From the NCBI GenBank assembly GCA_016930515.1, contig JAFGGO010000158.1:59632-123631 (forward strand): DNA of 64,000 nt, in the 5' to 3' direction. Positions 8,919 to 17,895 of this stretch are shown here, in pieces. Position 1 is the first letter of the stretch; the number at the start of each line of letters is the position of its first letter. Below the pieces are notes generated by a model. That model was not told the DNA's origin. It did not search any database and saw only the letters and a program-made list of their open reading frames with translations. The stretch is from Promethearchaeota archaeon. Lineage in GTDB: Archaea; Asgardarchaeota; Lokiarchaeia; Sigyniarchaeales; SOKP01. The position numbers and the translations under genes are program-made.

Positions 8919-10298
8919 TTATTTCCAACTTTTTGCGTATTCTTTAAGAAATATCTTATAAAACCATTCTATTACATATTGGAAAAAAAAGCGCTCCCGA
9001 AGAACGTCATAGTGCGATTTTTCCCGAAGAGAAGTAAATTTTGCAATTTCTTCAGAAGTGAGTTTCTCTTGTTCAACCAATTTCATTCTTGCTTTAAATT
9101 GGTCTTCCATGCGAATCTCTCTAAAAATTAGATCTAGAGCTTTCGAAATTTTTTCCGTTAAATTGAGAATGTTATCTTCAGTAAGTATTGTTGATTGAAT
9201 GGATTCTTTTAAAAATATGGATATTCTTGTTAAAATTTGGTTCTTTCTGTATATGTTAATAACTTCGTCTTGTTTGATTTTTTTTTTCAAGTAGATTATT
9301 ATTTTTTTTCTCGTTTCTTTGTTAATGTGATACTCAGTTAATTGCCTGTCAAGCCTTTTTAAAAACTGTTGCTTGAAAAATTGTTTTTGTTTTACAATGA
9401 TAGCTTGATTTTCTGTTCGATCGCTACAGATCTCTATAACCTCTCCCTTAGGAGTTGAATATAAGAAACCGTGTCCTTGGGGACCGATTCCCTTGAATAA
9501 AACCATTGCGAGGCTGTAAAAATTGTAAATTCTTTTATCGAGTATCTTCTTGCGATTTCTTGAGATATTGGTGGGAGAAACTAAAATGGTTTTTTCATTA
9601 AATACATATTTTAAAAAGAGTTCAGAATTAGTTGATGTTTTTGAATTTGTGAAGCCTTGCTTCGCTTCTTCGTCAAAAGCGTTTAAAAAATGAGAAATAG
9701 GTCCCAAGTTCAAAACGCTCAAGCCATATGTAGAATAATGGTTAAAATACATTCGAATAAGATTCGCGCTGTCTAATTGGTTATATCGTAATAAATCAAA
9801 CCCGACATATGGCATTTCTTGAAAATACTCGTAAATTTCTTTAGGCATTTCAAATCTTATATAATATAAGAACGATGTGGAATACCCACCAAAGAGATCT
9901 TCCAAATTTTTAAGTAATAGGCGATCTTGTTTGATTTCTTCGATCAATTCCAAAGACTTAAGCGGAATTTCTTCCATTTCAAAAAGATTATATCGAAAAC
10001 AAAACCTCAAGAGGTTGATTATTTCACCTAAAAAGGTTTGATATTGATCGGTCATTGATGTTCTAAGCAGTTTTTTATGGAGTATTGAAATAATTTCAAG
10101 TCTTTTTGGAATGCGTTTAAGATCAAGGTGAATGTTAAAGGGTATTGATTTTTCTATCAAGGTTTTAAAACACTCAAGTTCTCCCTTTTCAAATAAGATC
10201 GATAGTTGTTGATGGAAATAATCTTCGAGTTCTTCTTGACTTTCTCCGATGTTGTTTTTTGACTTGATGATGTTGATAATATTATCCAAAGAAGTCAT
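8919..10298 (-). CDS. Hypothetical protein
   Basis: 459-aa ORF, largely helical, with a Gly-rich core GIGPQGHGFLYSTPKGEVIEICSD. Confidence 0.8.
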   Translation of the reverse strand: MTSLDNIINIIKSKNNIGESQEELEDYFHQQLSILFEKGELECFKTLIEKSIPFNIHLDLKRIPKRLEIISILHKKLLRTSMTDQYQTFLGEIINLLRFCFRYNLFEMEEIPLKSLELIEEIKQDRLLLKNLEDLFGGYSTSFLYYIRFEMPKEIYEYFQEMPYVGFDLLRYNQLDSANLIRMYFNHYSTYGLSVLNLGPISHFLNAFDEEAKQGFTNSKTSTNSELFLKYVFNEKTILVSPTNISRNRKKILDKRIYNFYSLAMVLFKGIGPQGHGFLYSTPKGEVIEICSDRTENQAIIVKQKQFFKQQFLKRLDRQLTEYHINKETRKKIIIYLKKKIKQDEVINIYRKNQILTRISIFLKESIQSTILTEDNILNLTEKISKALDLIFREIRMEDQFKARMKLVEQEKLTSEEIAKFTSLREKSHYDVLRERFFFQYVIEWFYKIFLKEYAKSWK

Positions 10299-10367
10299 TT
10301 ACAAGTAAGCACGATGATTTTCAATATAAATCATTATTAAAATCACATGTATGATAAAAAACTTGTT

Positions 10368-10739
10368 CTAATCTAATAGTTCTGCTATTTTTTTACTCAC
10401 GCTCTTGATATTAAGAAATACCATTCCCAAACTTGCCCCTGGTTTCGTTAGCGTGCATAAAATGGCGTTGTTTCCCGCTTTTGAAAGGATGATGTTTCCG
10501 TCTTCTCCTTCAATGAGAATCCTAGTTAATGTACCCCTCGATAGCTCTTCCACGGCTCGTTCAGAGACGCTTTGGATTGCAGCTGACATTGCGCTCACGA
10601 TCCCATCGTTAACATTTCTCGCTAGCGCAGAACAAATGGGAAGTCCTTGGACGCTTACGATGGAACTTCCTTGAACGTCTGAATTTACGCTTTCAAGCTT
10701 GCGTAAGAGTTCAGTCAATTGATCAATATTTTCGGACAG
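10368..10739 (-). CDS. Roadblock/LC7 domain protein (probable CTG start)
   Basis: SSIVSVQGLPICSAL, VSAMSAAIQSVSERAVEELSRG, ILIEGEDG, LGMVFL; SD GGAGGAG lies just upstream of an in-frame CTG at 10739. Confidence 0.92.
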   Translation of the reverse strand: MSENIDQLTELLRKLESVNSDVQGSSIVSVQGLPICSALARNVNDGIVSAMSAAIQSVSERAVEELSRGTLTRILIEGEDGNIILSKAGNNAILCTLTKPGASLGMVFLNIKSVSKKIAELLD

Positions 10740-10745
10740 TAATAT

Positions 10746-10753
10746 TCTCCTCC
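10746..10753 (-). promoter_or_regulatory. Shine-Dalgarno sequence of the roadblock gene
   Basis: GGAGGAGA on the minus strand, 6 nt before the in-frame CTG. Confidence 0.65.
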
Positions 10754-10942
10754 AATCGGTTGTACAGTATCGAGAGCGTGGATCGTTTCTATCTTCTTAG
10801 AATACTAGTAAGTAATTTATAACTTAATAATAGTTATGATATTAATATTTTATTCTTAATATAATTTAATATTAACATGTGTGACTAATAATAATTTATT
10901 AAATTAATAAATTAAAAATATTTTTATCTACTTTATAATCTA

Positions 10943-11923
10943 ATGACGGAGAATCAAAATTCAAAAAAAGCTTTGAAAGATAAAAAAAGCAACGAAGACC
11001 CTGAGAAAGAGGAAGAAGAAAAAAAATTAAAGCTAGATTCCCTTAAGAAAGCTGGAGAAATCGCAAAGGAAGTTAAAAAGATAATAAAACCAGAAATTAA
11101 GGTTGGTGCGAAAGTTCTAGATATAATAAACCTAACAGAATTAAAAATCAACGAATTAGGTGGTGGTATTGCCTTTCCTGCAAATGTGAGCGTAAATAAC
11201 ATTGCTGCTCATTATACATCTCCCTTAAGAGACGATAACTTGGTCATTGGTGATTCTGATCTTGTGAAACTAGATCTGGGAGTTCATGTGGAAGGATATA
11301 TAGTTGATACGGCTTACTCCGTAAATTTTAATGATGACGAGCTCCTTTCGAACATCGTCCAAGCTACTGAAGTTGCAGTTGACGCGGCTAAAATGATGGC
11401 AAAACCAGGCGTAAATACGAGAGAAATTGGAAAGAAAATCGAATCCATAGTAAAGGGTTTTAAATATAATCCAATTAAAGAATTAGGCGGACATCAAGTG
11501 GAACGATGGACCGTACACGGAAAAAAACAGCTACCCGAATTAGGCTCTCAGCGTGGAAGTACGATGGAAGAGGGAGATGTATTTGCAGTTGAAATATTTG
11601 CATCTACGGGTGAAGGATCCGTTCACGCCATGAATAATTCGTATATCTACGAAATTAACCCTTATTCTGGTAGGGTTCCGCTAAGAAGGAAAATCTCCAA
11701 ACAATTGTTAGGTTTTATCAGTAATAATTATAAGACGCTCCCTTTTGCAGAACGATGGTTATTAAAAGAGTTCAAGACAGGAGTAGCTTTTGGGCTTCAA
11801 GAACTAGTCCAACAGGGAAAACTACACGCTCACAATGTTCTTGCCGAAAAGAAGGGAGTATATGTGGCCCAAACAGAAGAAACAATTTTAATTACCGAAG
11901 ACGGATTCATACAACTAACATGA
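10943..11923 (+). CDS. map: Methionine aminopeptidase type II
   Basis: AFPANVSVNNIAAHY, KLDLGVHVEGYIVDTA, GGHQ, AVEIFAS, TLPF insertion domain. Confidence 0.96.
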   Translation: MTENQNSKKALKDKKSNEDPEKEEEEKKLKLDSLKKAGEIAKEVKKIIKPEIKVGAKVLDIINLTELKINELGGGIAFPANVSVNNIAAHYTSPLRDDNLVIGDSDLVKLDLGVHVEGYIVDTAYSVNFNDDELLSNIVQATEVAVDAAKMMAKPGVNTREIGKKIESIVKGFKYNPIKELGGHQVERWTVHGKKQLPELGSQRGSTMEEGDVFAVEIFASTGEGSVHAMNNSYIYEINPYSGRVPLRRKISKQLLGFISNNYKTLPFAERWLLKEFKTGVAFGLQELVQQGKLHAHNVLAEKKGVYVAQTEETILITEDGFIQLT

Positions 11924-11942
11924 TCAGATTTTAATATTATCA

Positions 11943-13055
11943 ATGAGACCATTGAATATTTGTTTAGTATCGCTTACGATTCCGCCTGATAGGCAGGATG
12001 GTGCGGCAAAATTCTTCAGGGGCATTTACGATTACCTCAAAAAACAAGGTCACAATGTCGTTTTGATTACTGGTAAGTGGGGAATGAGGCTAAACGATCC
12101 AAACATCTTTCAAATAAAGATAATAAAAAAAAGATTTATGTGGATGCCCCAATTCACGTTAGGCGCAATTAAATATCTTCGTTCTCACCGATTTGACATC
12201 GTTCACGGTAATGCACCAAAAGGGACATTGCCAATTATATTATCAAATACGAAAAATTTTATTACTACAATTCACGATTTAGGCCCCTTCGAAACAAGAT
12301 TTTCCCTATTTCCTATTGAAAAAAACCTCATTAAATATGTAGTAAGAAAAGCTAAGAATATAACTACTTGTTCAGAATCCATCAGAAGAGAAATTAAATA
12401 CTACAATCCGAGAATCGAGCTAGATAAAATCGTAAATTTATATTCCGCGATAGAGACGAAATTTAAACCCCTTCCCGAAAAAGCAAAAAACTTAAAAGAA
12501 AAACTGCGAATAAAGGGGCCTGTCCTGCTATATATTGGTCGTATTGCGCATTACAAGGGCATTGAAGATATCATTCGTGCTTACGAAATTGCTAAGGAAA
12601 AAATACCTGATCTTACTTTAGTAGTTGGTGGAAAACCAGATTTTATCATGAAATCTAAGTACGAAAGTTGGAAGCGAATTCATACAGAAATTAAGTTTGT
12701 TGGGTTCGTATCGGAGGAAGAAATTCCTGCTTATTATTCTATGGGGGATGTTTTCGTAACATATTCTCACGCGTCCGAAGGATTTGGTCTAACTCCTATT
12801 GAAGCCATAGCTTGTGGGACGCTTGTGATATGTTCTTCTTTACCCGCTTATAAGGAAGTACTCGAGGAAAATGGAGTTTTTGTTCCTCCAAAAAAACCCG
12901 ATTTGCTTGCCGAAAAAATTGTATATTGGATCAAAAATCCTGAAAAAAGGAACGAAATGGTAAAAAGAGCCCAACAATTCATTAAAAGGTACAGCTGGGA
13001 CGAAGTAGGAAGAAACCTTGAAAAACTTTATCTAAGATTTGTAGATGGACTTTAA
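11943..13055 (+). CDS. Glycosyltransferase family 4 (GT-B)
   Basis: TTIHD, GRIAHYKG, EGFGLTPIEAIACG, YSW motifs. Confidence 0.93.
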   Translation: MRPLNICLVSLTIPPDRQDGAAKFFRGIYDYLKKQGHNVVLITGKWGMRLNDPNIFQIKIIKKRFMWMPQFTLGAIKYLRSHRFDIVHGNAPKGTLPIILSNTKNFITTIHDLGPFETRFSLFPIEKNLIKYVVRKAKNITTCSESIRREIKYYNPRIELDKIVNLYSAIETKFKPLPEKAKNLKEKLRIKGPVLLYIGRIAHYKGIEDIIRAYEIAKEKIPDLTLVVGGKPDFIMKSKYESWKRIHTEIKFVGFVSEEEIPAYYSMGDVFVTYSHASEGFGLTPIEAIACGTLVICSSLPAYKEVLEENGVFVPPKKPDLLAEKIVYWIKNPEKRNEMVKRAQQFIKRYSWDEVGRNLEKLYLRFVDGL

Positions 13056-13067
13056 AAATCATGTGAT

Positions 13068-14174
13068 TTATTCCAGGAGTTTTTTTTTAACCTGTTCAAA
13101 ACATATTTTAATGGGATTTTCCAAATTCTTGATTTTTTCCTTAAACGAAAGGTCAAATCTCCCCGGCTTGGGGCCCTCTTCGAGAATTTTTTCCGCCTTT
13201 TGAACTAATTCATTAGTATTTTTTATGTGTTGCAGGGGAAATTCGTTTTGGATTAAAAATCTTTCCTGAGGCGCTGATTCTCCAGGAAAATATTCGAGAC
13301 TTGGTACGTTCAGAAGACTAGATTCTCTAACTATGGTCCCTCCGCCACTAATAACGAGTGCTGCAAAAAAGCACAGGTCAACAATGTTTGGCAAATATCG
13401 TGTTATGATTATATTTCCTTCTTTTTTATACGATTCTAACTTCTCTTTGAGGTAGTTTTCCTGCATTTCGTTGCGAACTAGAAGGAGATATTTATGGTTA
13501 GGAAATTTTTTAAATAGAGGCGGCAATATTTGGCTGATTTTTGTTTCTTCGGGGTTCATGCTATTTATTAAATAACAAGCAAGAGAGGGTTCGCTTCTTA
13601 TCACGATATACTTGCCTTTCTCGAGATCAAATTTTTTTAACACTTCTGGTTTTGGAACATAGTCTGAAATCCATGCTATTTCGTCAAGACCATTATAACG
13701 TATGATCTTTTCTTTATCAGCGTGGTATTTAATATAGGATTCAATAGGAATGCACATTGGTGTTATTAATTTATCTATAAAAGGAAATAAAAGCTTGCAC
13801 ACGGGCATGTTACGAGGTTCGTCATTTATACCTATCGAAGGTAAACCCAGTCCATAGGCGATTCGGGTTCCTTCAATCGAGGAAAATGTTACGAAATGGT
13901 CAGGTGAAAATTTGATGATGTGTGGTAAAAGATCGTTTAACCTATCGATGTATGTTTGAAGTTTCTCCTCCAAGAGCGCACCTCCGTGCTTCCCCACTTT
14001 GATATAGTCCACACCGTGGTCGTCTAAGATCTTATAGGTTGAATCGTAATCGCGAGCGGTGATTAAAAGTTCAGCACCCTCTTCTTTAAACATCCTAAAT
14101 ATGGAATTAAACATTATTCCTGTTTTAGGTTGTTCCACATCAATCCATACTTTTTTTCCTTTGAGGCTCATCAT
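13068..14174 (-). CDS. DUF354 family GT-B-like protein
   Basis: KVWID, ITARDY, VGKHGG, YNGLDE, IVIRSEP..ACY, SGGGTIVRE. Confidence 0.85.
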   Translation of the reverse strand: MMSLKGKKVWIDVEQPKTGIMFNSIFRMFKEEGAELLITARDYDSTYKILDDHGVDYIKVGKHGGALLEEKLQTYIDRLNDLLPHIIKFSPDHFVTFSSIEGTRIAYGLGLPSIGINDEPRNMPVCKLLFPFIDKLITPMCIPIESYIKYHADKEKIIRYNGLDEIAWISDYVPKPEVLKKFDLEKGKYIVIRSEPSLACYLINSMNPEETKISQILPPLFKKFPNHKYLLLVRNEMQENYLKEKLESYKKEGNIIITRYLPNIVDLCFFAALVISGGGTIVRESSLLNVPSLEYFPGESAPQERFLIQNEFPLQHIKNTNELVQKAEKILEEGPKPGRFDLSFKEKIKNLENPIKICFEQVKKKLLE

Positions 14175-14303
14175 TTTCCCTTGGGTATTTTTACTAAAAC
14201 AATAGCTAAAAATTTGTTACTCTTTTAATAATATTCGTTTTAGTTTAAAGGTGAAGAATAAGTAATAAAATGGAAAAATTAATCATTATAATTCGGGTAA
14301 ATT

Positions 14304-14612
14304 TTAGGTGTTTCTTGAGGAACATTTACATGGATTGTTATTACATTTTATACATTTCTTAGGATATTTTTCGAGTAAGGCGCTCTCTAAATCGATATTT
14401 AATAAATTTGCTAAAGAACTTGTCCAAGCCACGATATCTGCCATCTCATTTGAGATGTCCTTTAAGTTGAGGTTATGCGGTCCGTATTTTAGGAGATCGG
14501 CGAGTTCACCAATCTCTTCAACTAACCAGATGAAAGTTCTATCCACGCCTCGTTTAGAATCTTGATGATAGTAGAGGGTTTTCATTAATTCTTGAAAATC
14601 TGATATCTTCAT
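14304..14612 (-). CDS. MazG-like nucleotide pyrophosphohydrolase
   Basis: WLVEEIGELA...EMADIVAW..SLANLL; C-terminal CxxC..PCxC. Confidence 0.9.
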   Translation of the reverse strand: MKISDFQELMKTLYYHQDSKRGVDRTFIWLVEEIGELADLLKYGPHNLNLKDISNEMADIVAWTSSLANLLNIDLESALLEKYPKKCIKCNNNPCKCSSRNT

Positions 14613-14633
14613 TAGTTCAGGCTTTTTCTGGGT

Positions 14634-14843
14634 TTAAGCGAAAATCCAGTTAAATAATCCAATATGTGCTAAAATTACAAGTACTATCAATCCTGCAGAA
14701 ATTAACGCGGTGGAAATTGGGCCGATCTTGATTCCAATGGACGAGTCCTCGAAAAACCTCATCAAACCAGCACCTCCCATTGGCATGGGAGCGTTACTCG
14801 CTCTCCTCTTTTTTCGTCTTGATTGACTTTTTCTTACAGACAT
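14634..14843 (-). CDS. sec61B: Protein translocase subunit Sec61-beta
   Basis: Basic N-terminus, AGLMRFFED..GIKIGP, single C-terminal TM ending in LAH. Confidence 0.93.
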   Translation of the reverse strand: MSVRKSQSRRKKRRASNAPMPMGGAGLMRFFEDSSIGIKIGPISTALISAGLIVLVILAHIGLFNWIFA

Positions 14844-14986
14844 TTGCGTTGTTAAAGTCTTGTATTTATAAATACAATAAATTACTAAGAATAATAAATA
14901 TTGTTAAAAATTTAACCCTAATTTTAATAAATTTTTATTTATTGGATTAATTATTAATTGTTAATTTCAAGAAAAAGTATAAAATT
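14844..14986. promoter_or_regulatory. Divergent promoter region between Sec61-beta and ribophorin I
   Basis: 143-nt very AT-rich spacer containing the palindrome TTGTATTTATAAATACAA (14860-14877), which has a TATA-like core. Confidence 0.55.
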
Positions 14987-16849
14987 ATGTTCAAGTCAAA
15001 ACTATCTCGATTGGTAGCATTAGGGCTTTTATTCGTAATCGTGGGAATATCACTAATACCAAAAATTCCTAATGAATATTGTCCCGATAATCGTGCAGGT
15101 GAAGATATTAAATTAGCTGCAGATATTATGGGGATGGATGATATCTTATTTACAAATGTAACAAGAATTGCGAACTTAAGTGGCTATGGCATTGTATATA
15201 TTGAAGATTATCTTGAATTTCAAAATAATTATGAAAATTCTATTAACATCATATATATTGGGATTTCGCCCCATTTTTCAGATAATCTCATATATCATCG
15301 CGCATTTAAGGGAAACAATAGCGAATCTCTATTAATTGAGCGGACTTCGTACATATCTAACGGTTATGAGATGATTGCTATAACCCTTGATGCCCCGTTA
15401 TATCCTGGTCAAAAAGCGAATATAAAATATGTTCATTCATATAGGGATTTAATTGAATATGTTGATTTAGGTAAAACTGATGAACAACATCTTATATTTT
15501 CTGGAAATGTTTTTCCTCTGCTTCCATATAGGGCATTAGGGGAGATTAAATCTTGGTATTACACACCGACACAAGTAGAGCCAGATGATAGTACTTGGAG
15601 GCTGATGGATAATGTATATAACTTCACATTCTTTTCTTATGAGAATTATCTTATTGCGAATGATCTACCATCACAGTATCTCGAACCTTTTATGAAAAAT
15701 ATGGGTGCAGAAATGAATTCATCAATAAAGTTCTACGAAATGGCACTTTCTAAACTGGAAATATCTGATATGAATAGGGAAATATTAATTTCTCCTTGGG
15801 GGATGATAAAAGTAACAGAAAGATTTCAACTTCAAAATAACGGATTTATAACTATCGATAAGATTCCTTTACACATTCCAAAAACCGCGTATGAAATATC
15901 TTTAACGGATTATTTAGGCGAAATTTCAAAAACAAACAATGGTGACGGCAAAATCGTCATTAATTTAATAAGCTTTGGAAATCGGCCAAAACTTACGGCG
16001 GGAAGCAGCATGTCATTAATAATGAGCTATTATCTTCCGTTCGAACAATATTCCTCAATAAATTGGTTCCAAGAATCTATAGAATTGAATATGTTAACCT
16101 CAACATTTGATTTTCTCGTAAAAGGCCAAACGGTCAATATTCGTATAGATGGATGTCAAAAAATGGATTATTGTACCATTACTCCAGATAAAGTTCAAAA
16201 ATCTCAAGGAGCTATTATCAATTCTTATTACTCTGATTTTGTAAGTCCATTCGAAAGTAAAGAAATTTTGATTACATTTACAATCAATGTCTTGGATTTA
16301 TCCATAAGACCCATAATATTCATGATTTTAATAGTAATGTTATGTGCTTCTTTCGCGGTTCTCTCTAAAAGAATCAAGAAAAGGCAAGGTGAGGATAAAC
16401 TCGAGCTTATTGGTGCTGAGCGCTTGCCCGTGCGCGAGATCCGAGAATACTGCTCTTTATGTGAAGAAAAAAATGCATTGATTATTGAAATAAGAACAAT
16501 GGACGATTTTCTTCAAAGGAAGAAAATACCTAAGAAAAAATATACTAGCGTCGTTCAAACCAACACGAAGAAGATTGAAGAAATAAACAACGAAATAATT
16601 CCTTTCAAGAATGTTCTCATAGAAACTAGTCTGGCTTTTGAAAATATTATTCGGAAAATCGATGTTTTTGACGCTGAAAGAGTTTCTATTGACGATAGCG
16701 TTAACCTTCTCGATGCTAGATACAAGCAGGGGAAACTACCTTCTAGAGCGGCTTATCAAAAACTTGCAGATGGATTCTTAAAAAGGAGGAGAAAGATCGA
16801 TAGGAACTACGACAAGCTCATCCAACAATTAAGGAGCTATTTGCTTTAA
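14987..16849 (+). CDS. Ribophorin I (OST1/RPN1)-like oligosaccharyltransferase accessory subunit
   Basis: N-terminal signal/TM; two repeats of R.x.lS.wG.v.v.e (RIANLSGYGIVYIED; REILISPWGMIKVTE, cf. RPN1 IEVSHWGNIAVEE); TM starting RPIIF; helical cytoplasmic tail. Confidence 0.8.
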   Translation: MFKSKLSRLVALGLLFVIVGISLIPKIPNEYCPDNRAGEDIKLAADIMGMDDILFTNVTRIANLSGYGIVYIEDYLEFQNNYENSINIIYIGISPHFSDNLIYHRAFKGNNSESLLIERTSYISNGYEMIAITLDAPLYPGQKANIKYVHSYRDLIEYVDLGKTDEQHLIFSGNVFPLLPYRALGEIKSWYYTPTQVEPDDSTWRLMDNVYNFTFFSYENYLIANDLPSQYLEPFMKNMGAEMNSSIKFYEMALSKLEISDMNREILISPWGMIKVTERFQLQNNGFITIDKIPLHIPKTAYEISLTDYLGEISKTNNGDGKIVINLISFGNRPKLTAGSSMSLIMSYYLPFEQYSSINWFQESIELNMLTSTFDFLVKGQTVNIRIDGCQKMDYCTITPDKVQKSQGAIINSYYSDFVSPFESKEILITFTINVLDLSIRPIIFMILIVMLCASFAVLSKRIKKRQGEDKLELIGAERLPVREIREYCSLCEEKNALIIEIRTMDDFLQRKKIPKKKYTSVVQTNTKKIEEINNEIIPFKNVLIETSLAFENIIRKIDVFDAERVSIDDSVNLLDARYKQGKLPSRAAYQKLADGFLKRRRKIDRNYDKLIQQLRSYLL

Positions 16850-16883
16850 ATTATTTTTTTATTATTTTTCTAAGTTGATGTAT

Positions 16884-17516
16884 ATGAAACCTTGGCTTAA
16901 CGAAATTCTTGCATGTCCAATGGATAAACACTATCCTTTAAAATTATTTGTTTTTGAATACGAAACCAAATCAGAAGAATTCGATCGAATTATTAAAATC
17001 TATTCGGAAAGAAATATCGAAAAGATACAAGAAGAAAACTTAATTCTTATTAGTAAAAATGCATCAAATAATGTGGTACAGATCAAGGATAATATCGTTA
17101 TAAAACCAACACCCGTGCCTGAATACCTACATAGGATAATTCAAAGCATTGAGGAATTAAAAGATTTTTACGATAAAACTTCGGAATTAATTGGTAAAAA
17201 ATGTTTGGAAATCGTACAATCGACTGTAAAAAATAACATATCTCATTATTTGGATCACGGAACTTCTAAATCTTTTGATAATATCCTTCCAGAGCTCTAT
17301 ATCTTGAATAAATTAAAGCTAGATGTTGAGATCAGCTTGGGTTTGTTGTTTTGTGAAGAATGTTGCCGTTTTTATCCAATAGTAGATACCATACCAAAAA
17401 TGTTACCTGATGAATTTCGCAATGAGCAAGAAGACCTTGAGTTTCTTTCGCAAGCAGTGAAAAAGAATTACATCCAAGAGGATTTTTTAAAAGGTTTAAA
17501 ACCATTTACGCTCTGA
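16884..17516 (+). CDS. trm112: Trm112-family methyltransferase activator with a large central insertion
   Basis: MKPWLNEILACPMDKHYPLKL ... GLLFCEECCRFYPIVDTIPKMLPDE. Confidence 0.85.
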   Translation: MKPWLNEILACPMDKHYPLKLFVFEYETKSEEFDRIIKIYSERNIEKIQEENLILISKNASNNVVQIKDNIVIKPTPVPEYLHRIIQSIEELKDFYDKTSELIGKKCLEIVQSTVKNNISHYLDHGTSKSFDNILPELYILNKLKLDVEISLGLLFCEECCRFYPIVDTIPKMLPDEFRNEQEDLEFLSQAVKKNYIQEDFLKGLKPFTL

Positions 17517-17589
17517 TCTTACTTAAAAATCTTTTTTTAAGAAATACATTCGTTTTAAAAAAAATTAGTTTGTTATAAATTAATAAAAA

Positions 17590-17694
17590 TAGCCCAGAGC
17601 GGATTCGAACCGCTGTCGCGGGGTATCCTCGAAAGCATTTAAAAAAATTACATTCTTCAAAGCCCCAAATGCTTGGCCACTACACCACTGGGCT
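17590..17694 (-). tRNA. trnQ: tRNA-Gln(UUG) with a 32-nt intron at 37/38 (17625-17656)
   Basis: Acceptor stem AGCCCAG/CTGGGCT, T-arm AGCGG-TTCGAAT-CCGCT, anticodon TTG at 17660-17658, bulge-helix-bulge motif; CCA not encoded. Confidence 0.95.
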
Positions 17695-17895
17695 TTATTT
17701 TCTAAGTATCAATAAAATTGGGTACTTAAAAAATTTATATGATTATTTAGTTGATCAACATTAAAGTATTTTTCTCTTTCATATTGCTTTAAAGGATTAA
17801 TAGATCTTATATTGTAAATGTAAAAAAAGAAATAAAAGCAAGACACAATTACAATATCCATATCATCCTTAAAATAAGTCAAAAAAGTCTGAAAA

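Noticed and set aside
3366-10886. Exact 10-mer ATGTGTGACT in two intergenic regions (3366-3375 and 10877-10886)
   Set aside because: A shared 10-mer is expected by chance at this sequence length; no third copy was noticed
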